Of a DNA stretch of 64,000 nt, positions 48,448-61,779 are shown in pieces. Positions within the stretch are counted from its first letter, which is position 1. Every line of letters begins with the position of its first letter. The position numbers and the translations under genes were made by a program. A model generated the notes under the pieces. It was not told the DNA's origin. It searched no databases and saw only the letters and a list, made by a program, of their open reading frames with translations. Where the stretch lies: NCBI RefSeq assembly GCF_035084215.1, contig NC_090356.1, positions 24,056,001-24,120,000 on the forward strand. The letters run 5' to 3'. The DNA is from Heptranchias perlo (taxonomy: Eukaryota).

Positions 48448-48934
48448 TTAACTGTAAAAGTTTGTAACGTTACATGCTAGCCATTTATTACACCCTGCAC
48501 TTTGGGGAACCTAGAAATGCAATAAGACTAGATGACCCTACCATGTTGCTACCTTGCTGTCATACCAAACTGGATGAATTCCTCAGTTCACCTAAAAAGT
48601 ATCCGTTAGCTAATGAATTCATCCCGGGTGATAATGCACAGATCCCGCATGGCTGCCAGAAATGGTGGCATAAAAGTTGAGTGGACTGAGAAACTGAGCT
48701 TAACAAATGTTCAGGTGGAACTGTTGGATACCTGGGGACTTTATAATCTTACTGTACAGCCTTTGGAATGATATGGGAAAGTGAATGCTCCAACCCATAC
48801 TCCCCTCTCTCCTACTGGGCAGAGAGCAATTCAGTCTTCTGCAGATCTGGGATCTTATCGGCAACATGTCACAAGTTAACTGCAGCCTAAAATATATTTG
48901 TACCATCTTTAGTGCTTAAAAGAGGGTATAGTGT

Positions 48935-49345
48935 CAGTTGGTACAATGCTTGCCTCTAAATCAGAAGGTTGTGAGTTTAATCCCTATTCCAGGACTCAAC
49001 ACATAATCTAGGGGAGACTCCAGTCCAGCACTCAGGGAATTGGTGCTGCTCTTCAGATGAGGTCGAGTCTACCTGTTCTGGTGGCTGAGGTGGATGTTAA
49101 AGAACTCAAGGGTTTATTCAAAGAGCAAAGTTCTCCCGGTGTCCTGGCTGAAGTTCTTCCCGAATCAAAGCCACTAAAGAAATAAATTAATTGGGCATTC
49201 TTTTCATTGTGAACGGAAGTTTTGCTGTACACAATGGCTGTTGTGTTTGCCTACAAAAAAACAATAATAACTGCACTTCAAAGTAATTTTGAAGGATTTT
49301 AAGATATTTCTGAGACTTGATCAGGTACTGTATAAATGAAAGTCT
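48935..49345 (+). mobile_element. Deu-domain SINE, degraded
   Basis: GCTTGCCTCTAAATCAGAAGGTTGTGAGTTTAA..AATCTAGG..GTTCTCCCGGTGTCCTGGC..TATAAATGAAAGTC. Confidence 0.7.
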
Positions 49346-49684
49346 TTTTATGTGCTGCTGCTCTAAGGTTTAAAAGTATTCTCATAACCTTGCAGGCTGT
49401 CCCCTCCCCAAACCCCACAGCTCTCTGGCGGAGGTGGTTGGTAGGCTCTATTACAGCTATATGCATAAGTTATAATCTTAATGATGGAATCATAGCATTC
49501 AGCACCACCTGGATCAATGCACTGAAATATTTATAGGAAAGAGATAATCATGCTGCTCTGAGAGATCAGCTTATTGCATTCTGGTGGTTTTTTTTATTCA
49601 TTTAATCCTATCCCTATTTCTGTTCAGATGTTTCTTTACCAACAGAATGGATCGGTCCCATAGGGTGGATTTAAGTTAAACATG

Positions 49685-49875
49685 AGAGTGCTGGAACTGG
49701 TCTTGGGTGATAGTACAAAAACAGGCAATAGCAAATCAGCAACTGTTTTACATCCTGCTCGATAACCTTTTCTATTGAAGTCAATGGTAAAAAAAAATCA
49801 GGCGGGGTGTAAAACGACTGCTGATTCGCTATTGACCATGTTTATGCCACCACTGAAGACCGATTTCGTGCCTAC
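49685..49875. mobile_element. Palindromic MITE-like element
   Basis: Imperfect fold-back: CAATAGCAAATCAGCA..GTTTTACA pairs with TGTAAAAC..TGCTGATTCGCTATTG around a central ATTGAAGTCAAT. Confidence 0.7.
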
Positions 49876-50029
49876 TGTCTCCTCACTTCTCCAACTCAAC
49901 GTAGAACAGAGGAAAGCCTGGGAGGGAATTAAATGATTGAAGTGGGTTAGATGAGGCACAATTTATTGTGAGATTTCATTGACATTAATATGGAATTGCA
50001 ATTCCAGCCAACTCTAGTATAAAGTATCA

Positions 50030-50357
50030 TAAGTACATAAGAAATAGGAGCAGGAGTAGGCCACATGGTCCCTCAAGCCTGCTCTGCCATTCAAGAAGAT
50101 CATGGCTGATCTTCAACCTCAACTCCATTTTCCTGCCTGATCCCCATATCCCATGATTCTCTTAGAATCCAAAAATCTATCGATCTCAGCCTTGAATATA
50201 CTCAACGACTGAGCATCCACAGCACTCTGGGGTAGAGAATTCCAAATATTCACGACCCTCTGAGTGAAGAAATTCCTCCTCATCTCAGTCCTAAATATCT
50301 GACCCCTTATCCTGAGACTATGCCCCCTAGTTCTAGACTCTCCAGCCAAGGGAATCG
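50030..50357 (-). mobile_element. CR1 LINE 3' end
   Basis: PLAGESRTRGHSLRIRG..FTQRVVNIWNSLP; tail CATAAGTACATAAGAAATAGGAGCAGGAG. Confidence 0.9.
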
Positions 50358-50790
50358 TCACTTGTTGATGCAGTTTTAGTTACATGTCTTCATACTTATC
50401 CTGTTATAAGACATAAATAAACTGCACATCTTACACACCCAGAAGCCCATATTCACTCAGGCATTTCAGCGCCTGTTACCATCCCACTGCTAGTACAGTC
50501 CTATTATACATCCCATGTAAGGGGGGGGGGCACTAAAAGAGAAAGCTGTAAATACTCACTTAATATCCAGGAGAGAAGATACCGTTAAAGGCAACCTCAC
50601 TGAAGCGTATAAAATATTAAATGGTCTGGAAAAGGTACGCCTGGAAAAGATTACATTAAAATAAGGTAGGGCAGTAGGACAAGTGATCATAAATATAAAC
50701 TGGTGAGAAGTAAATTTAAATCAGACAGCAGAGGATCTTCTCCATACAAAGGGTGATTAATGACCTGCCAATTGAGGTATTAAAGACACA

Positions 50791-51110
50791 GGCCTAGAAA
50801 TTGAGGAACAATTCCTGCGCCTGCACGGGTAGGCCCAAGGCACACCCGATATTGGGTCTCATTTGAATGAGGCCAGCAAGCTGTGGACAGCTGCTGGGTG
50901 TTCCCAAATAGTTTGCTGGCGAAGAGGCTTTGAATTTCATGCTGCTGAACGGCCCTCGGGTAGATCATTAAGTGGGAAGGGGTTGCAATCAGGAGGAGGG
51001 TGACTGGGAAAGGAAGGGTGGTCGGGAAAGAGAGGGCAATTGGTAATTAGAGGCTTAGGCGTCTGTTTAGCGCCTGAAAGATGGGTGCGGCGCCATCGAA
51101 TTTCTAGGCC
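50791..51110. mobile_element. Harbinger/Tourist-type MITE, 320 bp
   Basis: Perfect 12-bp TIR GGCCTAGAAATT / AATTTCTAGGCC and a perfect 3-bp TSD ACA (50788-50790 and 51111-51113). Confidence 0.92.
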
Positions 51111-53354
51111 ACAACCTTTGGGGGCAGTCAAAACCCACTTCGGTGCTGGATTGGCAGAGTTAGCTTACTAAAGGGATGAGCATCCCCTCCAAGTCACACA
51201 CTTGGAAATATATCGCCGTTCCTTCATCGTCGCTGGGTCAAAATCCTGGAACTCCCTACCTAACAGCACTGTGGGAGAACCTTCACCACTCGGACTGCAG
51301 CAGTTCAAGAAGGCGGCTCACCACCACCTTCTCAAGGGCAATTAGGGATGGGCAATAAATGCTGGCCTTGCCAGCGACACCCACATCCCATGAACAAATA
51401 AAAAAATGGGGCCCAGTGGCCCCTTTTTGTCTTACACTTTTCTAATGTTCTTATCAACAAGTTACTCGTTTGTTTAAAAAAATAATATACCCCTTTTATT
51501 CTGATGCGGTTGGCTGTTCCAAATTGATACCCTTTCTGCCCCAAACCGAGATTCAGAGCCCGGCAGAAACCCTGAACTGTGAAGTGCCCAGGATTTGAAC
51601 ATCCACAGCTGATTAATAGTCTCATTTGCAACATGCAACTTGATATTAGGGAAGGGTCCATACTGGGCAGTGAGTGAAAGATCACAATGCCCGGTCTCCA
51701 TGGCAGGCTGAGAGTGCAGCCCAGGGCCACAAGATTGAGCACCGAGTGCCATGTAATTTTGACAGCAATAGCAAATAGAAGTAACCACAAGGGGGACGGA
51801 GCAAGGATAAGTGGGGCACTCCGCCAAATTTTCCACCATGAGTATGTCCTCTCTATTCCCCATTCCAAATCCTAGAGTTGCCCTGATGTTCTCTTCCCCG
51901 GCAAACTCTTTCTACCTGCTGGCCCCTCTGCCTACTACTTCATCCCTGGAGGCAAAGAACTAAAGTGCCCCATGAGGTGATGCTCCCTGCCTCTGGAGAC
52001 AATTCTGCTGCCTCATTTATTTTGTAGCATTAGGCCTGGAAGAGGCACTTTTATACAAATGAAATACCAGAATAAATTTGCAACATCTACACTGACTCCA
52101 GTTTTCAATCCAATCCTTTATTTATATTAATGTATCCAGGTGCTTGCAATTGTAAACCGACAGGCACACTTTGTCACTCAGATCTCTGCAGTGTCCCCTT
52201 TCCCAGCTTTAGGATCCCACTCCTCCCCTCTTCCATGGACCACCCTCACTCTCCAGCCACTTGTTGGCTTGCTGTAATTTTTTAAAAAGTGAAATAAAAA
52301 AACTTTGTAAATTGCATCTTTGAGCCTATGTAACGTCCAACTTGCGTGTATAAGCAGCATGTGGTATTTTAATTAAATATGGTTATTGCCATAAGACACC
52401 TGGGGCACATCCATTTAACTTTCGACCCTACAATCAGCCTGGGTTCCTGCTCCTGATCACTATTCAACTCCAAGTGTGTACACGTGGATATTGAGGGAAT
52501 CAGGATAGGTTCACCTGTGGAACCGAAAACCTGCAGGAGAGGAGGAAAGAAGATGGTAAAAGGGATCATTTTTGATCATTTGCTGTGTCCGGACAGGTGG
52601 TTCCATCTAAATGACGCCCCATTTTACACAAAAATAACAAGTTTTCACTCTTTTCTTTCCCCTCGGTTTCAGGTTTGTTACTCGGTAAGTGTCCAAAGCA
52701 GCTGTAGCCTAATAAAGCAATTGTGTAGAAACGTATAGCATCTATTAGCTCTGTTGCCAGAGAGTGGAAAATGTATCACGCCTTCCAATAACAAGAGGAG
52801 TGAGGGGAATAGTCCATTAATCTCCGATCATCCTGCAGTTAATCATACACTGCTACTTTGTTACTCACGGCTCAGTTGCAAATGAAGATTAAAAATGATT
52901 TAAAAGGCTGTCCATTATAGGAAGAAGCTCATTAGAATTCTTAAGAGACAGTTGCAGAACAGTATACTCCATGCAATGCTGCTGCTTGGCACCAGTATGT
53001 TATCAGATATTAGTTTATACACCATGAAACCGTGAGTCTCGGTTCACTCGAACGGAGAGAACCTACTGCAGAGGTCAGCATGTAGGACTCTCCGATATGC
53101 ATTCCCGTTGAAAGAGACTCCATGCCAGGAGCAAAGTCTCACAATTTCAGGACTCTAACATTGTGCCAATACGCCTCTGTGTGAAGCATTTAACTCATCA
53201 CCTTAAATTGCTTCCACTTCTGACAGACCTGTAATCACCAGTCCTTTAACCTAGTGTTGCACAATCTCAAAATGCTCTCTCCAGATCCTTCCTCTGTCTT
53301 CCCATCCTCCCAAGCTTGGAGTCACCTAACCATTACTTCTTGATTTACCTCATC

Positions 53355-53765
53355 TTACTTCAAGTCCTACTGCAGAGTTTGAGCACACAATCTAGGTTGA
53401 CACTTCAATGCAGCACTGACAGATTACTGCGTTGGCAGAGGTGACATCTTTCAGATGAACCATTAAACCAACGCCCCGTCAGCCTGTTCAGGTGGACGTG
53501 AAAGATTCCATGGTACTATTTGAAGAAGAGCAGAGGAGTTCTCTCAGTATCTTGGCCAACACCTCAATCAACACCACCAAAAAAGGTTAACTGGTCATTC
53601 ATCTCATTGCTATTTGTGAGTCCTTGCTGTGTACAAATTAGCTGCCACATCTGCCCTCAAAACAATAGTGGCTACACTTCAAAAAGTAATTCATTGGCTG
53701 TGAAGCCATTTGGGATGTCATGAGGACAAGAAAAGTGCGATTATAATTGCAACTACTTTCTTATT
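53355..53765 (+). mobile_element. Deu-domain SINE (SacSINE1-like)
   Basis: TTGAGCACACAATCTAGGTTGACAC..CAGGTGGACGTGAAAGATTCCATGGTACTATTTGAAGAAGAGCAG. Confidence 0.8.
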
Positions 53766-56061
53766 TTCTATCTAATTTATTTTCAACCTTGAACCCTGTG
53801 CTGTGGGCCTTGGCACTTCACTTGGGTGTGTCAAAAATTAAATTAAAAATTCTCAACACATGAGCACCTAGTTATTGTGTAAATCTGAGGATGTTCTGAT
53901 GGAGTAAATAAAGCAGTCTTTCCACTGAAGAATTCTAAAATAGTACATATGCCACAAGATCAAAAAATAGGAGATTTCTGTGACCATTAAGGCTATGTTT
54001 GACAAAATGATCCTCTCCTCAATCAGTATGTGGTAGTGACACTCTGTGCAATGGGCAATCACATCAATTGGCCTACAGTGTTAGAACTTAGGAAATCATG
54101 GAACAGAAAAAGGCCATTCAAGCGCACTCCTTCCACACACAATGTAAACCTGCTCTATCATGAACTCTACCCAAGCCATTTACTCTCCTTGGGAAGATGC
54201 AGCAGAGTTTTTCCTGCATTCTCCCATTGATAAATCAGGGAAAACTCCAAAATATAAACCTACATTAGGCATTATTACCACCCTACATTATAATTATTAT
54301 TAATTATGAATCATTATTATTAATAATTATTACCATCCTACATTAGGCAGCCCTGACCAGTGCCTTCATTGGCATGACATTTCGCTGACCCTAGGGGTCA
54401 GGTTCCATAAACATTGATCTTATAACCCTGCATTGGGAGATTCTTCCTGTGAACTATGTGTGATGAAATTGCAATTCTGTTTTTTATGAGAATGTCCAGC
54501 ATAGAGGAGATCTTCCCTTTAGGTATTCATGGTAATCATCGTAACATTATCTGCTTTAGCTAGCAGTCTAATACACGTATCCACTACTCTATCGGGCAAA
54601 AGATCTTTTTAATCTCAAGGTTGTCCATTATTACTTTAAAAGTAACACACAACACAGCAGCTAAAGCTCAAGATCCAGTAAATGAAACCTTTTTGATAAG
54701 ATCAGGGAAGTAGTTAACATCATAGATTTAATTTTGTTTTGCTGTGAGTAATCAGAGTTTAGGACAGTAAATCCCAAAGCCCACTTGACCTTCAATTTGC
54801 ATGTGGCGCTGTTAATTAAAAGGAAATTTATTTTTATGTAAAAGATATTGGGGTGGATTTCCACCTTCATTGCATCTGGAAAATTGATGTTCCCCAAGTG
54901 CAATGAAAAAGACCAATTACATCAGATCTCCGCCCCCTTTGCATCCCACTGGGATTCCCTGGAGTTTCCAGTAGTGGACTAGGCACAGGCCCAATGTTGG
55001 GATTTGAATGAGGTGGCAGGGGGCATTCTGGGCCTCGCACCTTCATTTGTTCTGCCCATGAAAGGTGGGTGCCCAACAGATGAGTACCTGAAGAAATCTG
55101 GTACAAGGGCCTGCATTGGGAGCTCTACAGACTCATGGGTCAGTGCAGGATCTGGGGCCAGGCAGAAGATCACAGAGACGAATCAGGTCTGGCAAGTTTT
55201 CTCAGATTTGAGCGGCCCCCCGCTCCAGGATGATCTCTGGGTTTTGACCTAATGACCGCTGGTGTCCAGTAGCAGCTAGAAGGCCCCAATGTTGGCATCC
55301 AGGAAACACAGCTGGACTCCAATTTCCTCCGGATTTTCAGGCTGAAGGCCCAGCCTCAGAAGAGGTGTGGTTGGGGGGGAGGGTGGGTTGGTTGTAGATG
55401 GCCCCATTCAAATGGCCCAGGGGAGGGAAGTCGTGCACTCCCATCATCTACCAGGTGCAGCGCATCTGAGGTGTGTTGTATTTGTCGGGCGTCCATCGGT
55501 TGCTCACAATTAGCGTAACCAATGCAAAGCATATGTAAGTAGCAACGTTCCAGACTGATAGACTGAGAGACTCTGGGAACTCTGTGTGTCCATTCATGAA
55601 ATGAACCATTCATCCACAATACTCCATAAGAATGATGGTCCTATACTATTGATACCTGGGGATTGCAGGAATATTGTCTATGAAGGGCAATAGGCCAAGG
55701 TTGAATATGGAAATGTTGGAATAAATGAATATGTTGAAGTTCTGCTTCATTATCTTTAAGAATGAAAGAGATTTCCCTCAGGAGATTAAAAGGGGAAAAC
55801 AGTGAGCATGATACAGTACATGAATTGAAGTGTTTGATGTTGCTCCATTGTTTCTTATATTTTTATAGACTGTTGCCAATCATTACCAATCTGGTTCATT
55901 CCTTGCGTTGGGCATTCTGTTCTCCGCTGGCAGTAGACGTCTCTCACAAGCATCATGCAATGAAAATGTATAGTAATTTCATAAAGTTTGTGTACAAGTG
56001 TAAAAATGTTAAATAATAACACCTTAGTGTTACAGGGCCCTGTGTAATGAAGCACAATCTC

Positions 56062-56240
56062 AGGGCTGATTCTCCAAGTTCACATTGCCAGCAAGGACCT
56101 TCTCATAGCAAGAAACTGCAGGCGTGCTGCCTATAATTTTCCATCCATTTGTTTTAATGGACAGACGGGGGCAGCACGCCCGGTCTGTGCTGCCAGTGGG
56201 GAGCCTCATCCAGCTGTGCAAACTCAGAAACATCAGCCCT
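56062..56240. mobile_element. Small palindromic MITE-like element
   Basis: Terminal AGGGCTGAT / ATCAGCCCT and an internal perfect GGCGTGCTGCC / GGCAGCACGCC inverted repeat. Confidence 0.65.
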
Positions 56241-57009
56241 TTACTCTCAGAGTTACAACTGCCTACATTGCAGTTCGGCAATGTGAGCCTGAGCGAAAGA
56301 GGGCCGTTTTTACCTACAGGCAAGGAAGTAAAATAGGCAAGTAATAAGATCTTGGAATCTGGAACCAACAGGGAAACTGATGATCTTTGATAACAGTTTA
56401 ACAGAACAACAATGAATGATTCCCTCTGGAAGTATCTACTCTACCAAATTCCAGCACTGTAACAATTGGGATTCATTCATCAATTGTATACTTCAAAAAC
56501 ATAAAAAAAGCAAATGGCTGAAAGGAGGATTCTCAATGACTCAGTGAGTATTTGCATTGTGTGGTGTGGTACTAAGTCATACAAACTGCGCGAGGTCCAT
56601 GGTCTACACTGAATGAATGATGTCGGCTAGGGGGTAGAGGCAGTTTTCAACAACCCTCAGATATCAAGGGACTGCAAGTGGTCATGCAGCCATACTCTGG
56701 CATGAATCAATACCTTCAGGAAAAAACAAGAGCAAATTGGGGAGAGAGTGCATGAAATGGAAATGTAAAAATGTGGCAAGGAAAGTTTGCTTGAGGTGGC
56801 TTCACACTGATGCAACACTTGTGGTGTAGATGCAATCCTTGATACCTCTTGTCAGTTAAGTGTTTGAACCAGTATTATATGCTAGTCCTGCTGGTGGCTG
56901 AATCAATGTTGCTCAAATTGATTCACACAGGGCAATTCAAAGCCAGCTAATTTAGGCAATCATACATGAAACCCTAGACACAAGCATCAATCCCAATCCA
57001 TTTTTCCTA

Positions 57010-57355
57010 CAAATAAAAACAGAAAATGCTGGAAACACTCAGCGGGTCAGTCTAGTGCAGATCGATAGAGCGAGGAAGGGAGGGTTAACTTTTCAGGTCG
57101 ACGACCTTTTGTCAGAACCGTCCTACGTGTTTGTAAAGCAGGGGGAGGGGAGGTAGGCTTGTCTGAGACTCTTCGGCTAATCTGTTTTACATTTTGGAAT
57201 TGTCAATCCACTTTCCCTATATATCGAGTGCTCGTGATTCTGGGGTTTAAATCGACCCTTCACTCACTCACCTGACGAAGGAGGTAAGCTCCGAAAGCTT
57301 GTGATTTTCAAATAAAACTGTTGGACTATAACCTGGTGTTGTAAGATTCCTTACA
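57010..57355. mobile_element. Two Penelope-like terminal fragments, divergently oriented (57010-57120 minus; about 57170-57355 plus)
   Basis: AAAACAGAAAATGCTGGAAACACTCAGCGGGTC.. and ..CCTGACGAAGGAG..CTCCGAAAGCTTGTG..AATAAAACTGTTGGACTATAACCTGGTGTTG, both resembling vertebrate PLE pseudo-LTR ends. Confidence 0.7.
57268..57304 (+). ncRNA. Minimal type I hammerhead ribozyme motif (Penelope-associated)
   Basis: TCAC-CTGACGA-A-GGAG(gtaag)CTCC-GAAA-GCTT-GTGA. Stem I TCAC/GTGA, core CUGANGA, stem II GGAG/CTCC, GAAA, and a palindromic AAGCTT at stem III. Confidence 0.72.
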
Positions 57356-57504
57356 TGTTGATTTGAGGCATTACAAGGCCTGTGTGCTGCACCTTGGCCA
57401 TGCTCCCCAGTGTTGCATCCAAGTTGTGCCTATGGAGATATCCGTGTTTAACTTAGTATCTGCGAGAGTGGGCAGTGTAGCACCCTAGGTAATCTAAGAT
57501 CTTC

Positions 57505-57945
57505 AGCCAATGCTCAGTGGGATCACTCTTGCCTCTAAGTCAGAAGGTTGTGAGTTTAAGTCCCACTCCAGAGACTTGTTCCAGTGCAGTACTAAGGGAG
57601 TGCTGCACTGTTGGAGGTGCCGTCTTTAGGATGAGACGTTAAACCGAGGCCCCGTCTGCCCTCTCAGGTGGACTTAAAAGATCCCATGACACTATTTGAA
57701 GAAGAGCAGGGGAGTTCTCCCCAGTGTCCTGGCCAATATTTATCTCTCAACCAACATGACTAATACAGATTATCTGATCATTATCTCATTGCTCTTTGTG
57801 GGACCTCGCTGTGCGAAAATTGGCTGCCGCGTTTCCTATATTACAGAAGTGACTATGCTTCAAAAGTACTTCATTGGCTGTAAAGTGCTTTGGGATGTCC
57901 TGAGGTCATGAAAGGCGCTATATAAATGCAAGTCTTTCTTTTTTC
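57505..57945 (+). mobile_element. Deu-domain SINE (SacSINE1-like), best-preserved copy
   Basis: tRNA-like head; Deu core GGAGGTGCCGTCTTTAGGATGAGACGTTAAACCGAGGCCCCGTCTGCCCTCTCAGGTGGAC..GAAGAAGAGCAGGGGAGTTCTCC; L2-like tail GGCGCTATATAAATGCAAGTCTTTC. Confidence 0.9.
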
Positions 57946-60379
57946 TTTACCCGGGAACCAGTGGAGCTCAAGGTGGACAGAGTGACATAAGTTGCCTGAG
58001 CTGGTCTGGAGCTATATTTAGAAAGTTTAGAGAAAGACCTGATGCTTGCTTGTGAAGTTCAGATTAATACATTACTCAGGATATTACCCACATCAAGGGA
58101 AAAAATATCACTTTCTGGATCCTCCATTGAAGAACTACAATTAAGCATATCACAATGAAGTGGGATTCAAAGTTATAGGTCTTCAGAGATAGTATGCCAG
58201 TGAGGATTTGTAATCCTTCTCCGCCATTTCCATCTCTCCTCAGATTCCAATGGGACAAAATGCAGCCAATTTTATAAAATTTAAACCAAGTACTGAACAA
58301 AATTAAAACGACTGAGGCACCCTGCTCTTGCAGTGAATAAAAAGTTCCATTAATTTGTGAGAATTCTCAATGCTCCAAAACTCCAGTATTAATTGAATCA
58401 TTAATTTAATTACAAAGGACCAACACCAACTTCTTTCCAATAGATAGTGTGAACGGATAATGCATAAAACTCCCATGCACAGCGGGTTCCCTGTTGTGGC
58501 TTGTTTTGTCTTGCAGATTGTGAGTGGGCACATTTTAATGCAGATTTCTAGTGACCTTTGATCTGATCTTATTTCTTTTGAGTAATCCAATAATTTGTGC
58601 AACAGAGGCTTCATGGATACCCAGAAAAGTATCAGTCTAAACAGGACTGGAGGAAATATTGGATGGATACTCAGTCCATCTCCCATGGTGTTTCACAGGG
58701 AGTTAAGACCAAGTGCAATCTCCAGGTGAAGCAGGGTTAGAGGGTGGGGATTATTGGACTAGGTCGTGCAGGTGGAATTCATGCCCTATTATAAAGCCAT
58801 ATATTGCATCCTCATTTCTATATTTCTATTACAAATTCCTATGTCCACATTTATAATCAAAACCATCTATGTAAACTTGTCGTGCTGCAATTACACCCTC
58901 TCGCAAATGGTGGTGCTGGAGGGAGAGTGTAATAGAGTGTGACAAATTTATATTGCCGTTTTCCATTATAAAAATGGACAGGAAATATATAATGGGAAAG
59001 GCTGACAGAAAGTGCACACAGATGTAAGATTTATAATATATTATCAGTTGGTCTCCCATCGTGTTGCACACATTGAGTCAAGACCAAGAGTAATCTTCAG
59101 GTTAAGTGGGGTTGGAGGACGAGGGATAATTGGAGCAGGGTATGCAGACGTTAAATGGTCCACATTTTAAAGTCATACTTTCCATTATTATATTGCTTCC
59201 AAAAATTCCTATATCCACATAACCTGCCCTTTTCTCACGGGCAGGAGCTGGGTGTTTACAAGCAGTTGTCAATCTACGGAAACTTCCTTCAACAATTAAC
59301 CTCTAATTCACTTCAGATTGTGACTATATAGAAGACTTCCCCACGGGAACAAGCTAGATCAAACACAGCACTGTGCTCCAGACTAGCCATGAATAACACC
59401 ACATTGGCATGTGAATGTGTTCGCCTAGTATTACAAATATTCCATATAGCATGCACTTCTTGTAAGCATCGCACTTACTTCCTGTCACACTTCAGCCATT
59501 GCACTTTAGCATATCTTCTGACTCACTGTGAGCAATGCCACAGGGGATCGGCTGGTATTATATGTTATGTATGTGTATATATAAAAGAGCAAAGTGTGTA
59601 GACGTGAGCTTGCTGTTGAAGTGATTTTCCTGTGGGTCTTTTTCTGTGAAATTCTGCCCTGACAACGAAAGCTAAGGTGCAACGTATTTATTGAGCGGTG
59701 TCTTGCTATTTTCTCCCTCTCCTGATATAGAGATAAGCAAAGGTCTGGATTTGACAGTTGTCTTCAGGGGTCAATTACCATTAGTAATTCAGTATGTGCT
59801 GGTTCTTGCCTTTATTGTGAATCCACATTACCTCTTCTAAAATAGCAGCCCTGTCATGGCAGAGTATTTTCGTAAGATTTTTGTTTCCTTTGTGACGGAT
59901 TTTCAAACTGAGCTTACTACCCTTGAATATGAGAGGGTCAATAAAACCTAAAATCATTTAAAGTCCAAAAATTAAAACTTCGACTTCTGGAAGCTAAGGG
60001 AATTATGTGCTCCTTTATTTAAATTCTAGCTCACACAAGCTTCCCCATTTGGTGTGATGCTGAGCCATGTCGATCAGTGATCCCAGATTTAGTTGCTATT
60101 AAGTGATCCCTGCTGGGAAAAGTGTGTCTGGACATCAGGTGATGACCAACGGGGCCTCAGCTGTTATTCTACCTCCTCCCGGTGGGATGACACCCTAATG
60201 CCAAATCATGAGCTGCTGCTGGTTTGACTGCAGTTATACTGATTATCATGCATCACCAGGAAGCCAAAACCCACTTCACAGCAAAATGCATTATACAGTA
60301 TGACTGTCCTCTCAATAATTGAATGACAGACTGAATGACTAGGCAGGTCTGGGGAAGAAACCCTGGAGTAACTATGGAT

Positions 60380-60660
60380 GGAAGACTAAGTGACTAAATA
60401 AATGAGCGACGACATGGATAGCTGAGTGACTGAATAACTAAATGAGAGAGTGGCTGTGTGGAAGAGATACTGAGAGATGGATGGTGAGTAACCAGATAAA
60501 TGAGAGTCTGAGTATCTTGAATGGTGAGAAATTGGGCTTCTAAATGAGTTAGAAAGGTGAGGAACTGTGGGGGAGGGATTGGGCAACTAGATGAGTGAGT
60601 GGGCAAGCTGGATGGGTGACATGGATAAACGAACAGGGTGGATCAGCGTTGAGTGTGGGT
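60380..60660. repeat. Degenerate low-complexity (GAGT/GATG-type) tract
   Basis: Recurrent GAGTGA, ATGGAT and AAATGAG words with strong purine bias on the + strand. Confidence 0.5.
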
Positions 60661-61779
60661 GTCAGGTTTCCATTTGGTTCAATGATTTCTAATTGGGCCC
60701 ATAATAATCCCTGCATTTCAGTCCTGTGAAGAAACCATCCTAACCTATATCAAAGCAACCCCAGGTTCTCAAAGATATCTATGCAGTGAATAACAGCATG
60801 GGGAATTGAAAGATGATATCTTTGCAAAATGCACACCAAGAACATTATATAACCTGCTGAGAAGAATACTTTGTTATTCAAAGTTTCTGTAAGTGTTGAG
60901 TGGAAAATTGGAAAACGAGGGAGTACAGATTGTACATGCGGGTAAGTGCCACACAGACTGCTTCGTAATGTGCCTGGAACCTGCTGGAATGTAAATCTAA
61001 GAAATGATCTGCCTGATTTTCTCCTTGCTGGATGGAAACGATAGATGACACTTTATGCTGAGTGCTTGCAGTAAATAAGTGCATCAATCAAGGCTACATT
61101 CGGTAGGCCCTGCAAATCTGTAGGGCTTGATACAAATATTCTCAATTACATTTATTGACACTTCAGCCAACAACAGTTCAAATCTCAGCATGTAGGTTTG
61201 CTTCTGATTGGGTGTGTGAACTTTAAAACACAGTGAGAATCTTTTTATTGATGATCACTGTTTCAAAACATGAAATGATTTGAATTATAAATGCAATCTG
61301 CCTGTAATTACTGTCATCATAATTGTGAGCTGCTGTATTTGGCATTGGGTGCAGTGTGACTGAAATCAGGTATTTATTATTACCATAGTTATTTCCAGTT
61401 TTCATTCTGTTTTTTCCTGTGGTTTCTCTGGCATGAAATTTTTCTTGATGACATTTACACTCAATCTCTATCCGGAACTTCAAAAGTTAGAGTCTATTGG
61501 AGTCTAATTTTCTCCATGTGCATTAAATTCCAGTTGGTGTTATTTAATACAGTTGTCCATTCATTCATTTTAAACAGGTTAATAGCATTTAAGGCAAACA
61601 CATTAACCAATGCCCAAAAATGATCACACACAGAAAATTAAACTCTTCCAGCAATAGCTTGGTCCTAAAATATATATCTATAAAGTTTATTTAATTATGA
61701 AATGACTGAAAATTTTTATGAAATGTAATTGTTTCTATATTAATATAAGAATTAAAAGGAAAGTAAGGAGCTGCTCTGA

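Noticed and set aside
51332-51868. 178-aa and 129-aa minus-strand ORFs
   Set aside because: No recognisable domain or convincing splice context, and the longer one runs into a LINE 3' end
57505-57570. tRNA gene
   Set aside because: It is the tRNA-derived head of a Deu-SINE and continues directly into the SINE core, with no complete cloverleaf
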